Below the pieces are notes generated by a model that was not told where the DNA came from, made no database searches, and saw nothing but the letters and a program-made list of their open reading frames with translations. This document shows, in pieces, positions 8,293-16,112 of a stretch of 34,231 nt of DNA (positions are counted from its first letter, which is position 1; every line of letters starts with the position of its first letter). The stretch is from a virus (Duplodnaviria; Heunggongvirae; Uroviricota; Caudoviricetes). Location: positions 1 through 34,231 of IMG/VR virus record IMGVR_UViG_3300035655_000051, one strand, 5' to 3'. The position numbers and the translations under genes are program-made.

Positions 8293-8808
8293 TCATGCCA
8301 CTTTTACTTCAACTGTACAAATCGTATCATTGTGCCACCCACCATGCGGAACCAGAAGAATTCGAGTGATTTCAAATCCATACTTGCGCCCTATACCGCC
8401 GGAGTTCCAACCGAATGTAATGACTTTTCCGCCGGGTTTTACAATTCTGGATATTTCCTTCTTCTGATTTCCCCAGAATGACGCCCGTGTTGTTTCACTT
8501 GTCACATTCATGCCGACTCCCTGATAACACTCTGTCACCTGACGCGGAGAATATGGCGGGTCATATAACACACCATCAACTGATTCATTTTGAAATGTTT
8601 TCAAGAAATCGAGTGCATCCATGTGATAGTCCGTATCAAAATCCGGATTCAAGTCATTCGTAATAGCTGCCAACTTATTCTGATTCGCAAACGGGTCAAT
8701 CCATGTCCCATTGGTTAGTTCTGACTGAATCAATTCTTTAATAGGCTTGATATCAAATGTATTCTTGTTGGGCATCGCCCACTGTCTTTGAATGTCTATG
8801 TATATCAC
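8293..8808 (-). CDS. Small amino-methyltransferase-like protein (putative N6-adenine/N4-cytosine DNA methylase)
   Basis: IDPFA SAM-binding motif and DPPYS catalytic motif; GTG start inferred. Confidence 0.75.
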   Translation of the reverse strand: MIYIDIQRQWAMPNKNTFDIKPIKELIQSELTNGTWIDPFANQNKLAAITNDLNPDFDTDYHMDALDFLKTFQNESVDGVLYDPPYSPRQVTECYQGVGMNVTSETTRASFWGNQKKEISRIVKPGGKVITFGWNSGGIGRKYGFEITRILLVPHGGWHNDTICTVEVKVA

Positions 8809-8818
8809 CGTCCCTGCT

Positions 8819-8923
8819 TTACAGAACCATGTATACGATAACAGCAATCAACATCCATGCGGTAATCGTTGCAAGTGTGATAGCCCAAAAAGACTGTTGC
8901 AGCGTTAACTTTTTATTTTTCAT
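8819..8923 (-). CDS. 34-aa single-TM peptide (MKNKKLTLQQSFWAITLATITAWMLIAVIVYMVL)
   Basis: Translated by hand; fills the intergenic gap. Confidence 0.55.
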   Translation of the reverse strand: MKNKKLTLQQSFWAITLATITAWMLIAVIVYMVL

Positions 8924-8935
8924 ATTGACACCATA

Positions 8936-9136
8936 TTACTTTCCATTAATGGTTCCTCTGATAACGCTTTGAATAAGAACTGCTGCGAGCCAAATACCAG
9001 TTGACACCTTGAACGAGAATGGTTTTTCAAGCAGATTGAAAATACACCACAGGACACCAGCAGTAAACGCCCAAGAAATAAAATATTGAATAATTAGGAA
9101 CAACAACACTCCTAGAAATTTTTGCCACGCCTTCAT
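8936..9136 (-). CDS. Small membrane protein
   Basis: Hydrophobic; GGAGG SD before MKAW. Confidence 0.7.
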   Translation of the reverse strand: MKAWQKFLGVLLFLIIQYFISWAFTAGVLWCIFNLLEKPFSFKVSTGIWLAAVLIQSVIRGTINGK

Positions 9137-9315
9137 TTTAAACCCTCCTGACTGTTCGAAATATTGATTGGATTTCCCCACCCGCCAGTTGGATGAATCT
9201 CAGGCGCTGGGTATTTTAATTCATCAATAAGGTGCACATCCGACCACGTTTTACCGTTATCGAAGCTGATTTTATCAATTATGAATTTAGTTACTTGCAA
9301 CTTTGATCTCCTCAT
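9133..9315 (-). CDS. Hypothetical protein
   Basis: Overlaps both neighbours; start uncertain. Confidence 0.5.
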   Translation of the reverse strand: MRRSKLQVTKFIIDKISFDNGKTWSDVHLIDELKYPAPEIHPTGGWGNPINISNSQEGLK

Positions 9316-9496
9316 GCGAAATGGATTTATTGGCCCACATCACACATTCTTCAAGTGCGTTCAGTGCCAATGCTTTCTCACGGCTTGGTTTGCAGTTTGT
9401 ATCAATACATTTCTCAAGCCAAGCAGCATCGTGAACAATACCATTGATACGTTCTTGCTGCTCTTGTGTAATCGGTCCTGATTCAAAACAATTCAT
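9287..9496 (-). CDS. Acb2/Tad1-like helical-hairpin protein (putative immune-signal sponge)
   Basis: C-terminal PSREKALALNALEECVMWANKSI matches the Acb2/Tad1 hairpin pattern as recalled. Confidence 0.6.
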   Translation of the reverse strand: MNCFESGPITQEQQERINGIVHDAAWLEKCIDTNCKPSREKALALNALEECVMWANKSISHEEIKVASN

Positions 9497-9507
9497 AGAT
9501 GACCCCC

Positions 9508-9729
9508 TCAATCTTCCTGTGCATGAACATGGGCAATTTCTACTTTTTGATCACTTAAAAATATTGAAGCTTTACCATTTAAGATATCGACTCCTGTATT
9601 CACATGATCGCCATCTTCGTTCTCCCATGGTTCAGCTTTAATATAAAGTCTGTCACAAAACCAGAAAGGGTCTCCAAAGTTCAATGACGCGAACATTACG
9701 ATATCTCTTAAACTTTTACGAACTTCCAT
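9508..9729 (-). CDS. Hypothetical protein
   Basis: Start MEVRK downstream of a GGGTGGGTGGGTAGG tract. Confidence 0.65.
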   Translation of the reverse strand: MEVRKSLRDIVMFASLNFGDPFWFCDRLYIKAEPWENEDGDHVNTGVDILNGKASIFLSDQKVEIAHVHAQED

Positions 9730-9772
9730 AATATAAAACCTACCCACCCACCCTTCGCTTTGCGCGAACTAT

Positions 9773-12235
9773 TTATTTATGTACTACCCGGTTGTGCTTG
9801 ACACGCAACTCGACTTCTTGCTGTTTGCCAAGGTTGAAAGCTGTTGTATAGTTCCCGGTGATATAACCTGTCACACGACGCAGTCGCTCAATATTACGAC
9901 TACCACACTGTGGACAAGTATCATTTATCTCATCACAGTATCCGCAGTCCACACAAGTATCGTTTGGTACATTGACCGCAAAATACGGTACATCGTGATC
10001 CATAGCATAATTTACAACGGTCTCAAGCGCATCCAAATTGTGTTTTACTGTTGCATCAAATTCTGTATACAGGATGCAACCTGCACTAGAATACGAATCC
10101 AACTGAGACTCGACATCGATTTTTTCAAACGGTGTCACTTCTTCCCACACTGGTACGTGAACACTATTTGTAAAAAATTTCTTGTCAGACACGTTTGGAA
10201 TCTCACCATACTTTTCTTTGAACTTCGTCATAGCTGTGAAACACAGATTTTCTGCAGGGGTAAAGTATACGCCGAAGTTTAACGATGTCTCGTTCTTAAA
10301 TTCTTCACAACGATCCTTGTACAACTGGCAAATCTCTTTTGCAACTTCCATACCATATGTGTCAAGCTGGTTTTTACCAATCAGAATCTGAAGTGTTTCA
10401 GCCATACCAAGCATACCGATTGCCAGAGTTCCATGTTTCATAGCAGACCGGATATCAACACCGTCATATCCAGAAAGCACACCGTTGTCCCACATGAATT
10501 TTGCAGATGCAGGAGACTGAGAACAAATCCAATCAAACCGTTCAATCAAAATCTGCTTTGCTTCATGCAACTTCTGGTCGAGGATTTTCATAAATTCTGT
10601 GACTGTATCTCGGCAATCGTGATAATCCCGCACAGAAACCGCATGTTCGGCTTCCATTGCCAGTGTCGGAAGAATAATAGTCACAGGACAGATGTTACCA
10701 CGACCGTCCTTCTGAGCAGCCGACAGCAGATCGTCAAATCGTAACCGACCAGTTTTAATAACTGATTGAATATTAGCCTCATATACCTCTTTGAAGTTGA
10801 TGTCATAGGAATTCCAAGTTCGACAACCCATTGTACTGCTGATTTCAAATGGAGCCTCGTACTCCTTGTTAATCATCAAGTCGCCCTTATAAGCGACAAT
10901 ATATAGCTTATTTGCAAGGTCGTTATCTTTTGACAGTACATCATACAGACGTTTCTTTTCTGCAGGGTTCAATGCATCCAGAACTTCTTGTTTAACTTTG
11001 CGATCGTACTGAACAGCCGCCTTCTGATTGCTCCAATCGCAGTTGCAGTAATTCGGATACAGCCGCTGTGCAGTCGATTTCAAAGCCAGACGATACAGGT
11101 CATAGTTTGGGTCGCCAGGTTTCTGGTTTACGCCAATCTTTTTCTGGAAAATAGCACATGGGAAAATACTCGTCCGATGATACTTTCCAGTGCCGCGAAT
11201 CAGACCTTCTAGGAATTCCCTTGTGACCATCCGTCCTTCTTCTTCAGTACAAAGGCCAAAGTTGATTGAGCTGAAAGGAAGTTGATTGCCACTACGAGAT
11301 TGCAGACTGTTCAAATTGTGGAGCAGACCCTCAGTTGCTTGCTTACATTCACGACGAGTCATCTCCATTGCGTAATCCCAAGCATCAGGATGTTGTGCCT
11401 GAAATTCTGCATCATCAAAATGGATAGTGCCGTCCGGATGATTTTCATCGTGCTCAAGCCACTTTCTGAAACGATCGGCTTTATATGTGGATTTCTTTTC
11501 GATGTAAACCAGACCATCCTGAAGATGCTTTGTGAAGCTCTTCCGAACATAAGGCATCATACTGAAATCGAAGTGTGTTGCTGCGATCCCACCGAATTGA
11601 GAAAGTGACTGGATCTGGAACAAAACTGCCACAAGCTGATATGCCGTATTGATAGACTGAGCAGGACGAATATCAACCTGACGAGTCTTAAATCCATTAG
11701 TCAAATGCTTATCTATATTGCAGCTCGTACAGTTGTGATCGCCGACGGCATAATTATCGAGATCATGAGTGTAGATCTCGTTGTTCTCATGGTCCCTCTT
11801 TGCGAGGTCTGACATACAATAATCCAGCGCATAACGCTTAGAAACAACACGGCTCATCTCACCAGTACGACCACCGAAAGATGCTTCATCAACATTGGCA
11901 TTTTGATTGTCGATCTTCTTACCCATCAGCTTTTCATCGACCGTATCCATCAGCTCTTTGTACTTATTACGAGCAATACCGTGCAGATAGCGATAATTCA
12001 TGTAGCAGCGAGCGGTTTCATAATGGCAGCTCTGCATCAATCGATTTTCCACGGCATTCTGAATCGCTTCAACATCCATCGGCTGGCTGATAGCTGCGAT
12101 TTCATTTGCAATTTGCTCGCTCAATTTGTGATTAACCGAATCAGAGGAATCGTTCATCGCCTTTTCAATCGCATTTACGATCTTAGACTTGTCGAACGGA
12201 GCTTTTACGCCATTACGTTTAATAACATAATCCAT
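9773..12235 (-). CDS. nrdD: Class III anaerobic ribonucleoside-triphosphate reductase with ATP cone
   Basis: VIKRNG ATP cone, HDLD, QSRSGNQLPFSSIN, MGCRT, TPAENL, CxxC..CxxC and RVTGY glycyl radical motif. Confidence 0.97.
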   Translation of the reverse strand: MDYVIKRNGVKAPFDKSKIVNAIEKAMNDSSDSVNHKLSEQIANEIAAISQPMDVEAIQNAVENRLMQSCHYETARCYMNYRYLHGIARNKYKELMDTVDEKLMGKKIDNQNANVDEASFGGRTGEMSRVVSKRYALDYCMSDLAKRDHENNEIYTHDLDNYAVGDHNCTSCNIDKHLTNGFKTRQVDIRPAQSINTAYQLVAVLFQIQSLSQFGGIAATHFDFSMMPYVRKSFTKHLQDGLVYIEKKSTYKADRFRKWLEHDENHPDGTIHFDDAEFQAQHPDAWDYAMEMTRRECKQATEGLLHNLNSLQSRSGNQLPFSSINFGLCTEEEGRMVTREFLEGLIRGTGKYHRTSIFPCAIFQKKIGVNQKPGDPNYDLYRLALKSTAQRLYPNYCNCDWSNQKAAVQYDRKVKQEVLDALNPAEKKRLYDVLSKDNDLANKLYIVAYKGDLMINKEYEAPFEISSTMGCRTWNSYDINFKEVYEANIQSVIKTGRLRFDDLLSAAQKDGRGNICPVTIILPTLAMEAEHAVSVRDYHDCRDTVTEFMKILDQKLHEAKQILIERFDWICSQSPASAKFMWDNGVLSGYDGVDIRSAMKHGTLAIGMLGMAETLQILIGKNQLDTYGMEVAKEICQLYKDRCEEFKNETSLNFGVYFTPAENLCFTAMTKFKEKYGEIPNVSDKKFFTNSVHVPVWEEVTPFEKIDVESQLDSYSSAGCILYTEFDATVKHNLDALETVVNYAMDHDVPYFAVNVPNDTCVDCGYCDEINDTCPQCGSRNIERLRRVTGYITGNYTTAFNLGKQQEVELRVKHNRVVHK

Positions 12236-12251
12236 AACACACACCTCCTTA

Positions 12252-13223
12252 TCAGTAATACCGCTGCTCACCCATCATATTTGCGGCGTAATTCTCATAC
12301 CAACGAGCCTTCTCTTCATCCTGCTCTGCGGTCACACCGGGCTTAGAGCCATTACGGAAACGATATTTGTAGGCATTGCAGATACAGAACCAACGGACAG
12401 CATCGTCGCCGTACAACTTGCGCATTTTTTCGATGCACTCAGTGCCATGATAGTGAGCGGGACCATCTACATACTCGTAATCGGTAGAGTCCTTGGACTC
12501 GTCTTCGTCATCGTGATCGTTTAGGTCTGCGTACTCACAGTTCTCGCAATCGCCATCGCAATCGTCAGCATCGTTGTTTTCTTTCTCGTCTTCAACGGAG
12601 TCATCTTCTTCATAGTGACAGATGCAATCGCCGTCGCCAATCATCTCTCCATATTCACAATTTTCGCAATCGTAGTCACACTCGGAGTCATCCATATCGA
12701 TATCCTGCTCATGAATTGCAAAAATCAGAGACAGACGGGACATGGTGTCAAAGCCATCGATGTCAAGATCGTCCGCCAACGCCCGCAGTGCATCTGTGTC
12801 CATTTCTTTCAGGCCGCCAATCTCCAGTCGTCCAAGGCGATGCCCAGTCTCTTCGTCAACCTCGCCTGTGGCAGTCACAACAACAGTTCCAACCAGTTCA
12901 TCATCATCGCAGTCGGGGCAGTCACAGGTTTCAGGTTCAATCTTTTCGTCTTTGATATTATTCAAAACAGCCATATAATCCTCCTTGTGGTTCTTGTAAG
13001 CATCTGCGAGTAAAGGGTGTACAGGAGAAATGCTCTTGCCAGCGCCTTGTTCAGCCAAATAATGAATCCATTCCTTCGGATCGAAGATCTTCATAGCTTT
13101 TTCGTTCAGTTCGTGATTGGAACGTGCATGAACCAAAGTCATCGGAAAATTAAAACCCGGCATATCGTAAATCAGACGCAGGCGGCCGCTCTCAAACAGG
13201 ATATCGCAATTGTTAATATTCAT
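12252..13223 (-). CDS. Multidomain protein: Rho_N-like HeH motif, acidic Cys-rich repeats, C-terminal DUF3310-like domain
   Basis: LKEMDTDALRALADDLDIDG..MSR.SLIFAI; CDxDCENCEY x2; PAHY...ECIE...NAYKYRFR...DEEKARWY. Confidence 0.7.
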   Translation of the reverse strand: MNINNCDILFESGRLRLIYDMPGFNFPMTLVHARSNHELNEKAMKIFDPKEWIHYLAEQGAGKSISPVHPLLADAYKNHKEDYMAVLNNIKDEKIEPETCDCPDCDDDELVGTVVVTATGEVDEETGHRLGRLEIGGLKEMDTDALRALADDLDIDGFDTMSRLSLIFAIHEQDIDMDDSECDYDCENCEYGEMIGDGDCICHYEEDDSVEDEKENNDADDCDGDCENCEYADLNDHDDEDESKDSTDYEYVDGPAHYHGTECIEKMRKLYGDDAVRWFCICNAYKYRFRNGSKPGVTAEQDEEKARWYENYAANMMGEQRYY

Positions 13224-13234
13224 ATGTACTCTCC

Positions 13235-13924
13235 TTACTTCTCTACGGTTTTATATATATCTGCCAGCTTCGGATGCCGCCCACAACAGCGGTTACCTTC
13301 AGGACAGAACGGATACTTTGGATTTGCTTCACAGGACGGGACCATCCATGCGGCAAGTTCGGGGCAAACTGTGGCGACTTGACTCTTGATTAGCCGAAAC
13401 ATAGACCGGATTTCACTTTGTGCTCGAGTGCAAAGACGCAGATGGCTCATTTCAATTAGTGACCGCGCATTGATTGTGACGTACAACTTGGTACAACAAG
13501 CGTTTGGCAGAACAGCGCGGGCGTCCTCATTGGCGGCATTGTGATACTCTTTGAGAATTCTGTAGTTGTTTGCAGCGTCTGCCATCATGTCATTAAACAC
13601 GTCCGCATCTTCTCCATTGAACGGATTGACATAATCAAAATTGTCCATGGAAACGTATCTCTGTGACTGTACACTCAGGCTGATATGACGATGACGACTT
13701 AACTGTGCCAACAGTGCTCGACTGACGCCGCTTACTTCAAACGTAAATGAAATATGTTCAAGCACGCTCCGATGACCCGTCGCTTTGCATCCCTTTACGA
13801 TTCGATATGTATCTGTCGGTTCAGAATCATAACAGACACTCGCTGCCAGCTCTGCAATCGACAACGGATTTTTATCTCCATCTGAATTGACTGGTTGTGA
13901 ATATGAGATCAATTTAACTTCCAT
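13235..13924 (-). CDS. thyX: Flavin-dependent thymidylate synthase
   Basis: GHRSVLEH, RHRHISLSVQSQRY signature, EDARAVLP, AQSEIR. Confidence 0.96.
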   Translation of the reverse strand: MEVKLISYSQPVNSDGDKNPLSIAELAASVCYDSEPTDTYRIVKGCKATGHRSVLEHISFTFEVSGVSRALLAQLSRHRHISLSVQSQRYVSMDNFDYVNPFNGEDADVFNDMMADAANNYRILKEYHNAANEDARAVLPNACCTKLYVTINARSLIEMSHLRLCTRAQSEIRSMFRLIKSQVATVCPELAAWMVPSCEANPKYPFCPEGNRCCGRHPKLADIYKTVEK

Positions 13925-13938
13925 TTTCGAAACCCTCC

Positions 13939-14157
13939 TTATTCATCGCGCCAGTTTTCGGGGATATCATTCTCGTCAATTACGATACAATTACGAGGTG
14001 CCACGTTTGATGTGCTTTCCCCATCTTGAACTTTAATCATTACGTTCATAATGCCTACGACTTTATGAATACTCCAAAGAACTCCCGTACTCTTGTATGT
14101 TCTTGCCCGAAGAACCGTATCACCAACATGGATTTCTTTTTCAAGTAAATCAGTCAT
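13939..14157 (-). CDS. Hypothetical protein (small beta/SH3-like)
   Basis: SD and operon packing. Confidence 0.7.
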   Translation of the reverse strand: MTDLLEKEIHVGDTVLRARTYKSTGVLWSIHKVVGIMNVMIKVQDGESTSNVAPRNCIVIDENDIPENWRDE

Positions 14158-14344
14158 TTACACCCTCCCCTATAAAATCATCTACTGTTTTCTCACCCGT
14201 CAACACCTGTTTTAGTTGCTCTGGTGATAATTTATATGTAATAACCTCGCCACACTCATAGCCGTATCGCCGCAATTGACGATAGTATTCTGCTGTGGCG
14301 CGTTCTTTGCGACCCAACTCTCTTTGATCAATTCCTGAAACCAC
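14150..14344 (-). CDS. Hypothetical protein
   Basis: GGAGG SD; VITYKLSPE. Confidence 0.7.
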   Translation of the reverse strand: MVSGIDQRELGRKERATAEYYRQLRRYGYECGEVITYKLSPEQLKQVLTGEKTVDDFIGEGVND

Positions 14345-14362
14345 AAGGCTTCACCTCCCCTC

Positions 14363-14566
14363 TTATTCTGTATTTACTATTTCGACTTCTACATCGTAAT
14401 CATATTTCCAGTACTTGGGGAATGCGACCATCGTGCCGTGCGCCCATAAGAAATAGATTTCGTCTAACTCTGCCACGATTTCATATCGATTGCCGTAGCG
14501 GAGTCTCCAACATAAATTTTCGTCTTGATAATTAAGTTTTAGATATCGACGCTTCCAACTTTTCAT
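14363..14566 (-). CDS. Hypothetical protein
   Basis: AAGGAG SD. Confidence 0.65.
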   Translation of the reverse strand: MKSWKRRYLKLNYQDENLCWRLRYGNRYEIVAELDEIYFLWAHGTMVAFPKYWKYDYDVEVEIVNTE

Positions 14567-14732
14567 GACGTGCTCTCCTTAACGTCCCCGAGAGAGCTTC
14601 CTCAGCGTTTCGGAGATCATCAATTGCACGATCGATATACTCAGGCTCACAAAACTCAAAGTGATTCCAAGCAACTTCAAGTTCTTCGAGATCTCCTTTG
14701 AGTCCACTTTTGATTCGTTCATCATTATTCAT
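14532..14732 (-). CDS. Hypothetical protein, DUF2508/YaaL-like
   Basis: AWNHFEFCEPEYIDRAIDDLRNAE resembles the YaaL pattern. Confidence 0.5.
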   Translation of the reverse strand: MNNDERIKSGLKGDLEELEVAWNHFEFCEPEYIDRAIDDLRNAEEALSGTLRRARHEKLEASISKT

Positions 14733-14739
14733 ACACTCC

Positions 14740-14946
14740 TCACCATGTTGTTTCGAAAAGTGGCGATCCATCTTTTTCTTCCACGCATTTCATTTTGCCG
14801 TTGTGTTTGATTCTATATAGATAATATCTGGTGTAGAAACCGCCACTGATTGGGATTTCTTTATAAGTTATCATCCATTCATACTTAGAATCGTCAGGTT
14901 TATAGTAGCTGTGGAATGTTTCGCCTGCTGGTACATATGGTTTCAT
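14740..14946 (-). CDS. Hypothetical protein (paralog of 14943..15182)
   Basis: ATGA coupling; shared motif. Confidence 0.7.
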   Translation of the reverse strand: MKPYVPAGETFHSYYKPDDSKYEWMITYKEIPISGGFYTRYYLYRIKHNGKMKCVEEKDGSPLFETTW

Positions 14947-15182
14947 TCGAACTCTGTTCCTTTCAATGCGCTAAAATATGGATCACTATCCCGTTTTTCT
15001 ATCTGAGTCAGTCGCCCGTCGTCGCCAACTGAGTACAATCGGAAATTTTTAAAGATATCGTCACCTTTGATAGTTGCCAGCGACGTGATGACGTATTTGA
15101 CATTGTGTTCTTCTGTTCCATCAATGAGTTGAACTTCTAGGCGTTCCTTCTTTGGAATGGTCAGCTTATGGAAATCACTCAT
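14943..15182 (-). CDS. Hypothetical protein
   Basis: ATGA coupling. Confidence 0.7.
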   Translation of the reverse strand: MSDFHKLTIPKKERLEVQLIDGTEEHNVKYVITSLATIKGDDIFKNFRLYSVGDDGRLTQIEKRDSDPYFSALKGTEFE

Positions 15183-15505
15183 ATGGAATACCCCCGTTCT
15201 TTCCAACGTTGAACAATTTGCAGACCAACAGGAATTGGGCAGTGAGGGTTTATCAGTTGATTCGGAGATAAAATATTTTGCTCAATCGGACGAATGCAAG
15301 GTTCTTTAAACAGCCTATCGTCAAAAAGAACGCCATAAATTGGACCATAGCGTGTATTACGCAATTTCTGTGTAATTCCGATAAATTTCCAAATCGTAGA
15401 TAGTTTACTGCTTTCAAATGGCACCCAAACTCCATCGGAAAAATGACAATTAGCATTGATTATGCGTAAAATTCTTTTCCGTGTCTTTTTTGACAAATTC
15501 GGCAT
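15179..15505 (-). CDS. Hypothetical basic protein
   Basis: AAGGAG SD. Confidence 0.65.
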   Translation of the reverse strand: MPNLSKKTRKRILRIINANCHFSDGVWVPFESSKLSTIWKFIGITQKLRNTRYGPIYGVLFDDRLFKEPCIRPIEQNILSPNQLINPHCPIPVGLQIVQRWKERGYSI

Positions 15506-15514
15506 ATATACTCC

Positions 15515-16084
15515 TTATTTTATAATGTCTTCTTCTGCACTCTTTCTTGTTCTTTTGGGTTTCTGTGGCATTTCATAATGGGTCAGCGCTTCACGCATTT
15601 CGTGGAGAAGAAACGCATGGATCAGCCACGAGGTTGAAGTTGATTCGCAGAAAATGATCTGACAATTATATCGAGCAAGCCATGTGGTGAGACTGCCCAG
15701 CAATGAAGCGGGTGTCATTTTACTGCGATATGCACCGCGATTGATCTTTTCCCATGAACCGTTTTCAATGAGTATGTAAGTTTTTGCTCCGGCTGCTGCC
15801 GCCCTGTCGAACTCTTTAGTGAACCGGATACGATTCGTTGTAAAATTGCCGCATATTTCTGTTAAGTCGTATTTCCTTTCGACCACTACTTTGTCTGCCA
15901 GCGAGAATTTTTCACCGTTCGGCAGCGTTACTTCTGCGGTATAGTCTCCGAAGTCCAGTCGCTTACGCATAAATGCACACGGAAATGAAGTCAGCCGCTG
16001 ATGTAGAAGCGGAGTGTCTTTTTCCCGATCATCCACAACGATAACCATAGATTTGAGAATTTGTGTGATTTCGTTATATGTCAC
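15515..16084 (-). CDS. ERCC4/XPF-type endonuclease
   Basis: VVDDREK, LDFGDY, VVERK motifs; GTG start after GGAGG. Confidence 0.9.
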   Translation of the reverse strand: MTYNEITQILKSMVIVVDDREKDTPLLHQRLTSFPCAFMRKRLDFGDYTAEVTLPNGEKFSLADKVVVERKYDLTEICGNFTTNRIRFTKEFDRAAAAGAKTYILIENGSWEKINRGAYRSKMTPASLLGSLTTWLARYNCQIIFCESTSTSWLIHAFLLHEMREALTHYEMPQKPKRTRKSAEEDIIK

Positions 16085-16112
16085 TAATTCACCTCCTCTC
16101 AAAAGCGCCGCG

